NCBI RefSeq assembly: GCF_000315625.1
Contig: NW_005434612.1
Coordinates: forward strand, 205,038-269,037
Direction: 5' to 3'
Source of the DNA: Guillardia theta CCMP2712
Lineage: Eukaryota; Protista; Cryptophyta
Length of the DNA stretch: 64,000 bases
Of the stretch, positions 48,637 through 61,330 are shown in pieces. How positions within the stretch are numbered: the stretch's first letter is position 1; each line of letters begins with the position of its first letter. The position numbers were made by a program, and so were the translations under genes. The notes under the pieces are model-generated. The model had not been told where the DNA came from, searched no databases, and saw only the letters and a program-made list of their open reading frames with translations.

Positions 48637-51600
48637 ATGGCATGGGGCGGAAGTGTTAAGCTGGTAACAACGGTGGCGGTAGTATGCTGCATGGGAGGAG
48701 AGAGGAGAAGGATGGGCTCGTCTGCAGGAAAGGAGCAAGCAGGTATCCTCTCATCTTGCAACGATTGCCTTCAATCTCTCGCTCTCTACGAAGTCACCGG
48801 GGCTGCGTGTAGGATTGGGGAGTGAGCTGCTTGAAGTGACTGGACATGGCAGGCCATGCAGGAAGCAGCGGGGGCTACTACAGCAGGAGCGATGCTTTAG
48901 GGAGCATGCCTTGTTCGAGCATGCGGAGATTGAGGTCGGTTGTGTTCCTCATTCTCCAACCTGAAAGACATGCTCTAGGGGAGGAGGGCAACCTGGACCG
49001 CAAGTTGGACCCAGCGCTAACCTGAGCCCTGAACCGAGCGACATCAATGTGTTCAAAGTGGTAAACATCCCTGGTTGACGACATGCTGGCGTGAAGCATG
49101 ATGCCAGGATGACAAGAGAGCCGCGTTCCCGGACTTCGTCTGTATCAAGGTGGAATAGCTGCCAAACTGAATCTCGGTTGTATTCCCTTGACCACTTTCG
49201 GCAATACAGTCAGCTCTACGCCGAAAGAACTCGAATATATGGAATGGGAGGTTATTAATTTTTTCTACTTCATCAGTGTCTCTCACTCCTCTTGTTTCCT
49301 TTTGAATTTGTTCTAGGAGGATTTTCATACGGTGCGGCAAGAAGGAGCAGGAATTTCTTGCCCACAGGTCGCACTTCATGACAGCATTGCCTCCCTTCAT
49401 CCTCACCTGCGTGCCTGGAATAGACGGTACACCTGGAAAGGGCCTATACGTATAGGGACGATGAAACATGGGACCGGAAAGGAATGTGTTGTGCGGCTGG
49501 CAGGAGATGACAAGGTGATTTCTTCTCAGTGCATGATCAGATGACCGCATCTACCTGCTCGATTCTGAGCTTGAGTAAGGTGCAATTGTGGGGGAAATGG
49601 GAATTTCAAGGAGAAAGCATCGGCATCTTCCAGGGGCTCTTCCTTATGCATACAGTTTATGGGCCATACAACCCACTGATGCTCATCGAAAACAAGGCAG
49701 ATGTGGGTTGCGAGCGGTATGACGTGTTCTTGTCTCACCGAAGGATGTTTAGATCTTGTTCGAGCAATGCGAGATTCGAAACCTGGGAGGGAAGTGCATT
49801 GTAATGGTAATGCCTCGACAACTGCGTGACTACTCGCAACATTGTTGACAATTCGTCCTACAGCGACAGTTTGCAGAGGTCACCATGGACAGGTCAACGC
49901 CTTGCACCTTGCCAGTGTCATATTTCTTCCGTCCATTATTCTTGGCTATTTACTCCCCATATTCCGTTTGTGTTGCTCTGGTTGTGCTTGTCTAGCCCCA
50001 CTGTCTGTCGCCCACCTCTTTTCCTCTCCTCGTCCTCGCACTGACTCGATTATCTGCAGATGCACCGTTGGTGGAACATGCGGGTGCCGTCCTCTCCCAA
50101 ATCATTTTTCTGCTAACGTCTCACATGAAGATCTCGTGCCCCGGATCATCACAAGCAGCTGCAGGTGAGGAACACCGACACTATTGAGTTGAATGAGAGA
50201 GGAAGATTGATCAGCATGGAGCTGTGTATCAAATGGAGCATTGTTTTTCTCAGTTAACAACCAAATACGATGAGGCCAAAAGAGAGAGGGGGGGGAGGCT
50301 GTGGGAAGTGCCAAACATCAGGGAGGCAGGCAAACCTTGCAGAGGAGCAGAGAAAAGAGCATTACGGATCAAGAGTACCGCAAAGTAGTTACGTGGCTTG
50401 CAGATGTGGAGGAAACGTCTTATACCAGTGCTGCAAGGCCGGCTGCATCAGGAGAAAATGCGGTATCTTGAGAGTGTTCCTCCTGGAATCCTGATAGCTG
50501 TGAAGTGCATCCAAAGAGAAGAGGAAGAAAATGAGTACACGGATCGACCCTGAGAAGCATTGGGCACCCGGTACCTCCTGCCTGACTTGAGTCAAGCTCT
50601 TTCTCCTCATGGCAACATGGCAGGAGGGTGGAGGTTTGCCTCCGATGGCATCTCTGTGGAGAGCGGATCGTGGCTGATAGCCAAGAAGGTAGGCGATCTT
50701 GCATCGCTAGCGTTTCATCATGATGAGATTGGCAGGTTCTCTTTGAAGACACAGGACGAGCAGGTGACCTTGTCCTCCAATTTGTAGTCACTTCCTCGCT
50801 GCTTGCAAGCTGTCCGCTGGCATCTGTACCCAACCCCTCCTCCTCCTGCCCTCCTCCTTCACTTTCTCTCCCTCATCCATTGTTCCTGTTTTCAAGACCA
50901 CGCTAACATGATCGTCTTGCTCTCCTCTTCTTCTCTCCACATCTCGCTCATCATCTCAGGTGGAGTTGCTCTGAGATTAGTAGGACACGCTCGTGCCAAC
51001 CTGTTCGAGGTTTGCTCGCTGCCCTCTCAACTTGTCGACCTGAATTCCTACCAGTGTCGCTTCCAACGCAACCGAGTACACCTCGCAGCCGATGCTACAG
51101 TGAGTCTGCCGCGCTCTTGATCTACCTTGCTGTCTGCCTCCCTTCCTGCCCCGTACTCTCCCTCTCGGCTTATCGCCTTGACATCGAACCCGCCTCCACA
51201 TGCACGAGCTCTGCTCGGCTCCCCCCTCTTCTCATCCCTAACCATGAAATTCCCCAAGGTGGTCATGGACCTGGAGAAATGTGACACCTTTGAGTTCGAC
51301 GAGAAACGCAAGGACGATCCCGTAACATGACTGTGACTCCCTCCTGGTGCTCATCTCCTCCCAGAGGTACCATGGTGACGTCACCAATTTCTACGCACAT
51401 CGAGCCATACGGCTTCCAGGAAACGGAACAGCGATTCTCGAGGTAGGATTTTAGCTTGGCGGGTGGGAGGAGGATATGGACGTGTTGGACAGGCGCAGGA
51501 TCCGGATCCTCTTTCAGGGAGGAAGTGGAGGGAAGTCAACACGCTGAACAGGTACATCCCGCCTCCACGCTGACGCCCTCGTGCTAAATTTGAAATTCAG

Positions 51601-51938
51601 GTATTGGACGCCTGGGGCTGCTGTTCGCGGTGTGGACCCGTACAAGAAGATCAAGAGAGACAAAGAGAGGAAAGAGAGGAAGGAGTTGAAGGTTCCTCCG
51701 TCTCCTCTACACTTGTGCTGCTTACATGCGCCTTGCTCAGGCAAAGTTAAGGTTGAAGTACGAGGCGATGGGGTATCCTGGTATCCCAAAGGATGTGGTG
51801 AGAGGGAAAATGGCGATGCGTCCTGTAGGTAACTCGGCTGCAGGTCATAGCAGTCAAGAGGAGGGACTTTACTGCGTTCACGCGCCCCAAGTCAAGGAGA
51901 AGTATGTGGAGGAGGAGGGTGAAGAGAACGAGCAATAG
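48637..51938 (+). CDS. Intron-rich right-handed parallel beta-helix (pectin-lyase-fold-like) protein with RLRGG leader
   Basis: Spliced: ...MRRLRGGG...FPDFVCIKSAL...RIFIRCG...YTWKGPIRI...VQLWGKWEF...ILFEQCEIRNLGGKCI...FAEVTMDRCTVGG...DGISVESGS...ARANLFECRFQRN. This is beta-helix periodicity judged by eye. Confidence 0.55.
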
Positions 51939-52158
51939 ACGGGGAGAGGGTGTGTTTGTCGGCTGACTTGTTCATCACAGAAAAAGTCTACTTGTGATGA
52001 TCCTGACATGTGGGAAGCTCAAGGGAGATTATGAGGAAAGACAGAAGCCAGAAGAAGATGCGATTCAAAGACGCAGACATCTGCGCATTTGCTCTTTCCT
52101 TGATTACCATGTGTGCTTTGCTAAAACAAGGGGACATCTTTGGTTGGACCTCTTTTAA

Positions 52159-55100
52159 TCAGTTCGTAATAGTTTTGACATGTACATTCATGGCTTTGTC
52201 ATGGTCTTTCCATAGATTACTTCGCACAGCCTCAGACGCTCGGTCCATGCCATCCTCTCCCACAGCCTCGAGTCCTGCCCGACTTGAGTCCCTCCCCTCC
52301 CACACGCAAATCCCCCTCACCTCCTCCTTCGCCATGAACCTCTCGTGCGCCATGGCGATCGCTGCTGTCCTGTGCGACTGTAAGAGGAAGGAGGGCGGCC
52401 GCATATGTCTGGTACCTCACGTTAGCAGGGACGAGCCTGCGAATGACTTTCTCCGCATCCTGTCGGGGCATCACAACACACACGATCCAAGGTATCTCAC
52501 GTCTTCGTCCATAGCATAATGGTCGCTGATGAGAAAGTCTGGAATCTTGAGCTTGCTTTCAGGGCCGTCCTTCCATCGAGTCTTCATCTTCAGTTGTTTC
52601 TCCTTCTGTTCTCACCATCAACTCACTCCAGCTCAATCCCACCCTCTCCTCTCACGTTGAGGATCCTGAACTTGTTCTGCATCCTCGTCGGGTTGTTCCT
52701 CAGCTTCCTCGCCAGCCGCAGGATCCATCGCTGTATCCTGATGGCAGCAAAGATCTAGATACCAAGAGCATGATCATCACAACATGATGCAAGGCAACGT
52801 GGCAAGTGAGGTCATACATGCGTGAGGTTGTAGTTCCCTTGCGGCTGCATCTCTGCCACGTCTCTACATCGCTTGCGTCACGCTTCACGCTGGTTCCTTC
52901 ACATCAGATCACCTCACAAGCTGTCGGTACCCATCGTAGCGGGGGATCAGCTTCCGACTGACCAGCTCGTCTTCGAACTCTGCTATCCTGTTCCTCTGCA
53001 TGTGTACCAAGGGCTTCTCCAGCGCGAGGAACAACCTGTCTATCTTCTCCGTTTGCTGAAATCCCAGGAGGTCGATAATCAGCTCCGCACAGTCGCGTTT
53101 GATCGCCACCACATGCTCCCCGTCAACCCCGTACTCCCATGATTTGCGCAACCAAGTCATGAGATGTCTTGCACATTCCATGTCCCCCCTTGAAGCGATG
53201 CGTCTTAGGCACTTGATCTGTCAGCGACGTAAGAAACGCAGCGGCTGGAGGATCAACAACTCACAACTTCTGCTCTGACGAAGTGACTCTCGTCGTACAT
53301 GAGCGGGTAGAGCTCCTTGAGGTCGAACATCTCTTGCTCGCTCACAAATTTCTGCTCCCTCAACATCAGCGCTTGCGGGCCACGAGGTCGGGTACCTGGA
53401 TGGCCTTGATGACGGCAATGCGAACGGCCGAGCTCTCATCGTGCAAGAGCTCCAGAAGCTCTCGTGGGAACATCCTCCCTCTATCCAGCACAAACTGCTG
53501 TATCGCTTCCACTGCAGCCCGCCGGACCCAGTTGGCCGAGTCTTTAAGGCTGGAGGAGATCTTGTGGAGCAGGGCGCGGTCAGCCTTGCCTTGGCTCTTG
53601 GGCAGCCTGATCTGATCCCACAGGGCCGAGAGGTTGGAGAGGTTCGACGACCTGCCCTCCAGCTTCGAGGCGCTTGAGAGACGACTGATGGCCACCAGCG
53701 CTTCCTTCTTCTCCATGTCCGTCGTGCTCTCCGAGTCCAGCACCACGTAAGCATGTGCAAGTACCCTCCTGCTGTCGGTGTGCAGGAGGATGTTGTCCAG
53801 GAGCTGCGGCACTAGCTTGCGAACCTCTCGGTCCTCGTGGTTGAGCAAGTCCATCAGAATGTCAGTCGAGCTCTCGTCCGTCGGGCTGGAGAGGCGGGAC
53901 AAGCACTCGGCGATGTGGTACTTCCGCACTCCCTTCACCTCCTTCAGCATCTTCTTGAGCACGCCGATGATCCTCTCGTCCCCCTGCGTAGCGAAGTGGC
54001 ACAGAGACTCTGTGGCGAAGGTTCGCACCGACCTCTCCTCGTGCGTGAGGCACATGATGAAGCCGTCCAGCGTCTGATCCCCCCCCTGCTGCACCAACGA
54101 GGACAACACCCCCATGACGTCACCATGGGAGGGAGTCTTACCCGCCCGCACCTCTCGGAGGAACGCCTTCTCCCTCGGCAGCAGCTGCGGCAGGTTGAGG
54201 TCGACGAGGATCGTCGAGATGGTGTTGCGCTCCTCGTGGGAAGTAGAGAGGAGGTGACAGCACAGGGCGACCAGCACGCGGTCGTCCCGCGCGTCCCTGA
54301 GAGCCTCCAGCATGCGGATGGCAGAAGTCCGGACCTCATATCGCTCGTCGCTCATGACACGGAAGAAAATGGAGAGCATCTGCTCACACGTCAGCAGGGA
54401 GGCCCGTCACGTCGGGGAGAGTGAAACCTCATCTCGATCAGTTTTGGAAGAAACCTTTGCGAAGCTGTTCACTGCTGTCTTGCGAACTCGCCAGTCCTTG
54501 CTTTCTAGCAGCTTCAACAGGCTGTTGTCGATCACTGCCTTGGTTCTTGGAGAGAATATCCCCTGGTCTGCTTCACTGATCTTACACAGAGAGTCTAGAA
54601 CAGCTGTTTGAATCCGGTGATTCCCAAAGGGATCCTTAGACGTATCTTGAAGCATCGCAACCACCTTGGAGATAACAAACCTGTCTTCTCGTGTCTAGAG
54701 CATCATCAAGGCCATTAGTCAAGCCAAGCAACGTCACACGTTAACTGACCAGAATCTTTGCCAAGCAACTCACGGCGCATTCACGAATTCTTGGTCGATC
54801 GTCGTCAAGCTGCTCGCCAACGGCCAGAACGGCCTTGGGGTCACCTCGCTGCACCTGCTGGGAGAGCTCTTCCATGGCGATGCACTTGACGTTCACGTCC
54901 TTGTCGTACACGGCCTTGATGAAGCCGTCGATCGCCACCGGAGACCCGGGGATGGTGACCTTGGACAGCACCTGCACCGCTGACTTCCTCACGATGGCAT
55001 GGATGTGATCGAGGCGCTGCAGGGCCTGCTGGATCAGCTTCTCGTCCAGCGCGTTCGAGAGCTTCGGAAGGACCTCACAGGCTGCAGTAGGTCAGTCAGT

Positions 55101-57200
55101 AACAGTCATCTCGCGACCCCCCGCTGGTGTTACCGGCAGCCCTGACAAGGTCGTCGGAGTCTTCGATGCAGGAAGCAACGGCGATGATGGCGTCTTCATC
55201 ACCCGGGTGAGCTATCTTCTCGATCATGTTCACCGCAGCCAGCCTAATCTCGCTGCTGGGATCCTTCATGGCCGTGCACATTCCCTTCACCGCCTGCACG
55301 CTGCCATGAGCCTCGGGTCGCGGTGGCAGGGGTAGATTACCTCCTTCATGCCAACACATCCGATGTAGAACATGGTCTCCAGCGAGTCAAGTCTGACGTC
55401 AGCGATGGTGTCCTTCTCTATCCTCTCCGTCAGGTTCTTGATGATGATCCGCTTCCAGTTGTCCTGCTCAGGGATTTCTTCCCCATCTGCCAGCCCCGTC
55501 ACTTCCCCCGCATGTTTGCACGACGTTTGCTTTCCTTTCCCTGCGAACTTGGCTATCGCTCGGATCGCAATCCTGCGGACTTCACTCTTGACGTGCCTGA
55601 ACTTGCCGATGTGACCCATCAAGATCAACTTCTTGCTCTCATCGTTGAGCCGCAGAGTCTTGGCCACGGTCTCTTCAGTCGCCGAATCTTGCAGTGAATC
55701 TCTCAGAGACTCACATTAACTCACAGTGACTCGTTCATTAACTCAGTAACTCCATGTTCCACTCAGTTATACTGTTAGTAATCCTTTTAGTACTGCTCGG
55801 TAAATGACTGTAACTCTATCACAGTGAAATTGCGAGCAATACTATCGGTAACTCTCAATTACACTATCAGTAATACTATCAGTACTTTGAGTTACCCTTT
55901 CCTCACGTCTTCCCCTTGTCTCCTTACTCACCTCTAGACCGTCGGTGTCGCAGTCTCGAGCTCCGAGTGGAGTCCTTCCTGTGAATATGCTCATCCACTA
56001 TGCGGAGCTCGAGCTCTATCGCTGCCGATGGCTTGCTGGCGCTTCCGGCAGCTTCTTCTACAAGAGGAAACCTGAGGAAGCGGCATGTGATCACAGGAGG
56101 GAGGGGGAATATTGAGCGTCGCACCATCCTTGCGCTAGGATGCCGACGGGCAAGTTCTCGTCGATGCTGATGTCAAAGCGTCCCATCAGGTCGTCTCCTT
56201 GCTTGATGTTGTCCGGTAGCAGATCCTCGTCGTAGACTTCCACCCTCAGCACCTGTTGCCACCCTTGTCACTCCTGCATCCCATCCATCGCTTCTGTTCT
56301 ACAGGTTTCTCCTCCACGTTTGCCGTTGAAAACCTTATCGTCTCGTTCCAGACCGGGTTCAAGGTCGCTCGCTTGACGCTTGTCTTCTTGACCAGACCTA
56401 GAAAGCTGAGCGAGGAAGGAGTGATCTACCTGCGGCACGCATGTGTATCTACCTCATCTTCAGATAAGGATCGCTCTTCGTCAAGTCCATGATCGGTAAG
56501 TTTCTGCCGCGCAATACCTTGAGAGCAACTCGTGAGCCACAAGCTCGATGGAGGGGTGGAGGTTGAGAAACCTTCACTTCCAAGAACTTGTGCCTGATGT
56601 GCCTCTCCATGGAGATGAGCAAGTGGTCGAGTGAGTCGCTGAGAGTCCCGATCCTCGAGTTGATCTGCGTTCACTTTGAATCGGCACATACAAACAGATG
56701 CTTCACTCACCCGATCTCTTCTTCTGCGTTTCTCCTCCAGCTCACGTCGCGCGATGGATCGAGCATAAAGCGGCATGTTATCACCCAGGGGCTCGTCCAT
56801 CGGATCTCCGTTCTGACGAGCATTGCGAGAGTTGTTCAAGCTGCCTTCCTGCATGCCCAGAATCTCTCCGGCCTTGCCGCAAATCTGACAGCGAGTCTTG
56901 AGGGTACTAATCCGGCAGTAGTAGCTGCAGGTACCAGCCTGATGTTTAACAGCTGATCATCGGCACTTGTATCGACACGTGACTTGTTGTCTTCCTGCCC
57001 TGTTGATCATCGGCGCCTGTTGTCTTTCTCCTCTCCTCATTGGAGCGCTTCAACGCATTTCAAGTTCCTACTGGTGGCATCGAACGACCCAGTTCCTGTA
57101 CTTTTGTAGGCCCTCATCCCCCCTTCCCCTCATTCAGCACATCCTATCGTCCTGTAACTGCTGTAACTGCCAAAACAACTTCCCCGATAACAGGCAGGTG
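52159..57200 (-). CDS. C2-domain + HEAT-repeat protein
   Basis: C2: VLRGRNLPIMDLTKSDPYLK...KKTSVKRATLNPVWNE...LRVEVYDED...DDLMGRF. More than 12 HEAT units (e.g. KDPSSEIRLAAV, DDDRPRIRECAV, HEDREVRK, DSANWVRRAAV). 5' end is approximate. Confidence 0.8.
55700..55900. repeat. Degenerate intronic low-complexity repeat (ACTCA/GTAACT/ACTATCAGTA units)
   Basis: Visible in the ~240-nt intron between the C2 and HEAT exons. Confidence 0.6.
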
Positions 57201-57333
57201 AAGGAGAAACCATTGTCTTCCCCAGCACCTCAACCCACTCCGCTCACGTCTCTCTCCTCCTTCCTTCCTCTTCTCCCTCCTCCCAGCCTTCCAGTCAACC
57301 TGTACCATCCTCAGAGGTGGCCGAGTTCGCAGC

Positions 57334-58833
57334 ATGGGATCGGCAGCTTCGAGACAGGTAAAGATTGAGGTACATTCCCATAACCCGATTTCGTTGTCCC
57401 TTCGTCCTCATTGTCGCTTTGATTTCCCTCCTGTTCATCAGTCCTCTTCCCCCCCCTCATTATCCAGCACTTATTCACGACTTCATTGCCTCTTGCTGCT
57501 TATGTTATTCCCTCTCAGGCTCAAAAAGATGGGAGTAAAGAAAAAGACAATGCCATCATTCAAGGACGGGTACCTTTGCCTCATGCTGTCGCAATGGCTG
57601 ACGAGATCAAGGTCCCACTACCCAGGTACCAGGACTCTAAGGCGCTGTTAGAGTATGCAGTCCGGAAGATGAAAGAGGAAAACATCATTGAGGGTGTTTT
57701 GAAGTGGCAAGAAAAAGAAGTTGATGCGATCATCCCGCCTGAAGCAGAAGAGGTGTTTCAAGGGGTTTTGTTCCTCTCTCTTCTCTTACCCGTTTGCCGT
57801 AGCCCCCATCCTCCACTCGCTGCTTCCGTGGTAAGCTTCCCCAAGGCTTCTCGAAGACTGGACTCCCTGTCTTTCAGGTTTCTCAATAAACATCCTACAA
57901 GAAAGTGACTTGAGACAGCAACTAGAACGGATCTGGAACGCAAGCAGCGAAGAGGAGGCAGAGCGGGTGCAGATGGAGGAGTTCAAGTCTCTCATCTACG
58001 AGGACGAGCACTGTGTTGGTCTTGTGCCGTCCAACTTCAGAGAGAACAAGAATATTAGTCCTAACGGCATCAACCTGTCGAGCTTCCACAAAGCCAAAGA
58101 TCGCGGTCTTACAAGCCGTTATCACCTTCTCATGCTCCCTAAGGCTCGGCGGTACAACGCATGCACACTCAGCAAGCAGGATCTAGAGCTGTTGAAGCAC
58201 ATGGACACCGTCGGGCGGAGGCTCCTCCTAGCTCTTGCGGCAGCTGACTCGTTTCCTGCTGTGAGAATAGACTGAAGTCTTCTTGAGGGCTGATGAGCCT
58301 GAAACAGGACGGAGAGAGCAATCTAGATCGGCCTCTGACACGAGCAGAGCTGAAAGAGATTTCAGACAAGGTCAAGAACAACCAGCTCGACCTGGGGACT
58401 CCTTTCTACTTGTACGTCAGCTCGCCGCGAACGCTGACCTTGCTCGCTCACGTGCTCGTTGTCTTTGCAGACCAGGTGGAGGAGACCTTTGCCCTGAAGC
58501 CGCAGAAGCTCAGTGCTCACAGGTGGTGACAGCTTTCCAGGTGATGTTTCCTTGCTCTTCGTCGCCAAGAAGTCACATTCTCTCAGGTCTACCCCAACCA
58601 CAGCGTTGGCTGGCTTCACCTCCACGTCTTTGCAAGCATCGGCCTCACTCGAGCAGGGTTCGGGACTTTCATTATTCCATTCCTCCTGCCTTGCCACGAG
58701 CTCCCTTCCTAGCCGCCCACGCCTCCTCACTCTCTTCTATTTGTTCTTACATCTCGTTGTGCTTTTTGCAATCTTCCTGCCAGTTTTTGACGAGCTGATC
58801 GCAGACTCAACTACCTCACGAAGAGTCCGGTAG
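57334..58833 (+). CDS. HIT-superfamily (HINT3/DcpS-C-like) hydrolase with predicted N-myristoylation
   Basis: IYEDEHCV, YHLLMLPK, TLSKQDLELLKHMDTVG and spliced AFQ-VYPNHSVGWLHLHVF; N-terminus MGSAAS. Confidence 0.7.
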
Positions 58834-59005
58834 GGTTCGCCAAGGGAGAGGCAGACGGTACGATGACGCCGTTGGAGCATGTTTGCACTTGGTTGAAGTC
58901 AAAGTGAGGCCATAAATGTCTTGTTGCATCATAGAAAGTTTTTTGGATACTAAAGTTACAGCTATGAGCTCAGAATTGTAGAGTGAGAGCGCACACAAAA
59001 ATCAA

Positions 59006-60807
59006 TCAAAATAGATATACTACATCCTTCTGCTCATCGCGGAAGCCTCTGTCCCAGGGGAACCGACCGTTCTCATCTGACATCACAATCTTCTTCATGT
59101 CAGACCTTGACGGTGCAAGTCAGAGAATGTACACCTGCATAATCTTGCTCATGTTCTCCGAGTCCTTTTCAGGGTTGTGAATCCTGACGTAGAGGTCTGC
59201 ATGCTAGCCGTCAGGAGCAGGAGAAGGACAGAGACAATGAATGACCTGCGAGCCTGGCGAACTTTTCATTGACAAGCTTGCTATCCTTGGCTTCCTTCAG
59301 AGCGACTCTCCTCCCATCTTGCAGCCGTCAGGGGTCAAGTCACCGCGAACAGCCCCCTCGCTACTTACCGATTAGCTTGTCAAGCCGAAGAGAGTCAGGT
59401 ACGTCAATGAGTGCGTACTTCTCCTCCAACTCTGCCACGCACTGCCGGATGATTGACCTAGCGCCCATCAGGCTCTCGCTTGTGCTCCCTACAACCAAAA
59501 TCTCGAAGCCAAACCCAAAGCTGCAAGACACAGAGCTCGTTACAAGACACCGGCAGGAAATCCAGCTCTTCCTCACCTCCCACTCAGTCCTACGGTGTAA
59601 GCAACAGGCGGAGAAGTAGTCCCGTCGACAACAACAGCGAACCCATGCTCAACTGCTTGCGAGTGTGAGTCTGCAGTCACGCATGCAGCTTACAGAGACC
59701 TATGGTCTCCCAGATCTCATCCAGCCGCTGGGCCTCGATCCCAAACTTCACTCCATGCCTGATCCACTGCTCCTTTATCCTCTCAGCCTGCATCGACTGC
59801 CTCTTGAGATCCGAAGTCGGAAAGAAGTCGAGCTGAGCGAGAGGGAGGTCACGTCTCGAGCACCACGAGGACAACAAGCCATCACCACATCCTGAATCTC
59901 TTCCGCATTGAGCCCTTCTGAATACACGTCCAACAGCTTCTCGTACGCCTGCGCCATTTAAACAAACAAGAAAAATCAGAACATCAAGATGTGCTTGCGG
60001 CCTATTAGGGGAAGACCTCATTCATCGATTCCATCTGATCGAGCTCGTTCTAAGTTCAAGTCAGAAAAGTAATCATCACAGCATTGACGACAACCAGGTC
60101 CCCCGAGGCCTCCAAGATCGATGGAACTTCCTCTGATTCACGCGACACACTGCTGAAGCACCAGCGATCAGCTCAACAGCCATGGCATTTTTCTTCATTT
60201 GCAAACCTTGCCGTCAAGCCCGAAATAAGATTCTCAACTGCAATCCGGAGATCTTGTTGACCCACTTTGAGCTTCGACTGAACCGTCTGACTTCTAGCCG
60301 AGATCAACCAAACGATGCGCCCAAGTGAACAATACGTACCGCTTCACAAACTTCTTGGAGGTGACTTGGTCCGCAAGAGGTCTCAATCTGATGAAGGTGT
60401 TCGTCCTTGGCTTATCACCTGATCATGAAGAAGCATGAGTTCGTGTCTTGAGGAGGATCAGTACCCACCTAAGGTCTTGTCCTCGCCGGAAGAACCATCC
60501 GTTGAGCTTGAGAAAGTTCTCACGTTCTCTCTCAGCGTCGGGTTAGCGGATGCTAAAGACAGGCATCAGCTCAACTAGCAGATAGAAAGGAGGGAAGGAG
60601 GGGCAATGTGGAGAAGCCCGTACCTGAGAGATGTGAAGGGAAGGTCCACGAACGGTCGGCCGAACTGGCAGCCATCGTCCGACGGTTCCACATTGAGCTA
60701 CCATGTTTGGTTGTTCCTCTAGACTGAGAGCGGGAGGATGTGCATGCAAGCTTGCGTCCTTGTCTTGTCACTGCTTCTCTAGCGATGCTCCTCATTGTTA
60801 TTCTCAT
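59006..60807 (-). CDS. Intron-rich protein with C-terminal DUF4262-like domain and mitochondrial-type presequence
   Basis: Spliced AVEHGFAVVVDGTTSPPVAYTVGLSG-FGFEILVVG and IMQ-IVMSDENGRFPWDRGF match my recollection of the DUF4262 pattern (YTvGL...E.vv.G; Q...D..G.FPW). N-terminus is Arg/Ser-rich and includes VRTFSSS. Confidence 0.6.
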
Positions 60808-60879
60808 CGCTCTCCCGCTCCCATCGCCCCATCCCCGCCCCATCCCCGTAAGCCCCAGCATGCAAGTTACAGGTTGCGC

Positions 60880-61145
60880 TGGGTGGGTCGGGAAAGGGGG
60901 GTAGGGTAGAGGTAGCCTTTCCTGGGAGGGTATTGATCAATTGATGAAATATGTTTTCTATAAATTTCTTTAATGGTGAATTGAGAAACTATTAAACTTT
61001 TGCCATATTCATCAGTGCTCAAACATTTTTAGACCAGAATTTGCAGGGAAAGAAAAGGAAAGTTCCAGGGAATGTGTGGGTGTAGGATCAGGGTGGGTAG
61101 TCGAGGAGGTGTAGATCGAGGAGGGTAGGGTGGTCCACCTACTGC
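60880..61145. promoter_or_regulatory. Divergent intergenic region with GGGGTAG/GGGTGGG motifs
   Basis: GGGGGGTAGGGTAGAGGTAG, GGGTGGGTAG, GGGTAGGGTGG. Confidence 0.4.
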
Positions 61146-61187
61146 GGAGCGTGACGGAAAACGACTGAACTTCGGTGGAGGGAGGAG

Positions 61188-61246
61188 AGAGGAGAGGAGA
61201 GGAGAGGAGAGGAGAGGAGAGGAGAGGAGAGGAGAGGAGAGGAGAG
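61188..61246. repeat. (GAGGA)n microsatellite
   Basis: Directly visible. Confidence 0.95.
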
Positions 61247-61330
61247 GCAGGAAGCTAGGTAACAGGACGTGTACTCCCTGGATTCTAAGTAGCGACGAAG
61301 ACAACGGAAAACTTCCCTGAACCCTCGAGG

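Noticed and set aside
49318-49368. EQEFLAHR as a BTB domain
   Set aside because: The flanking exons lack BTB continuation and fit a beta-helix N-terminus.
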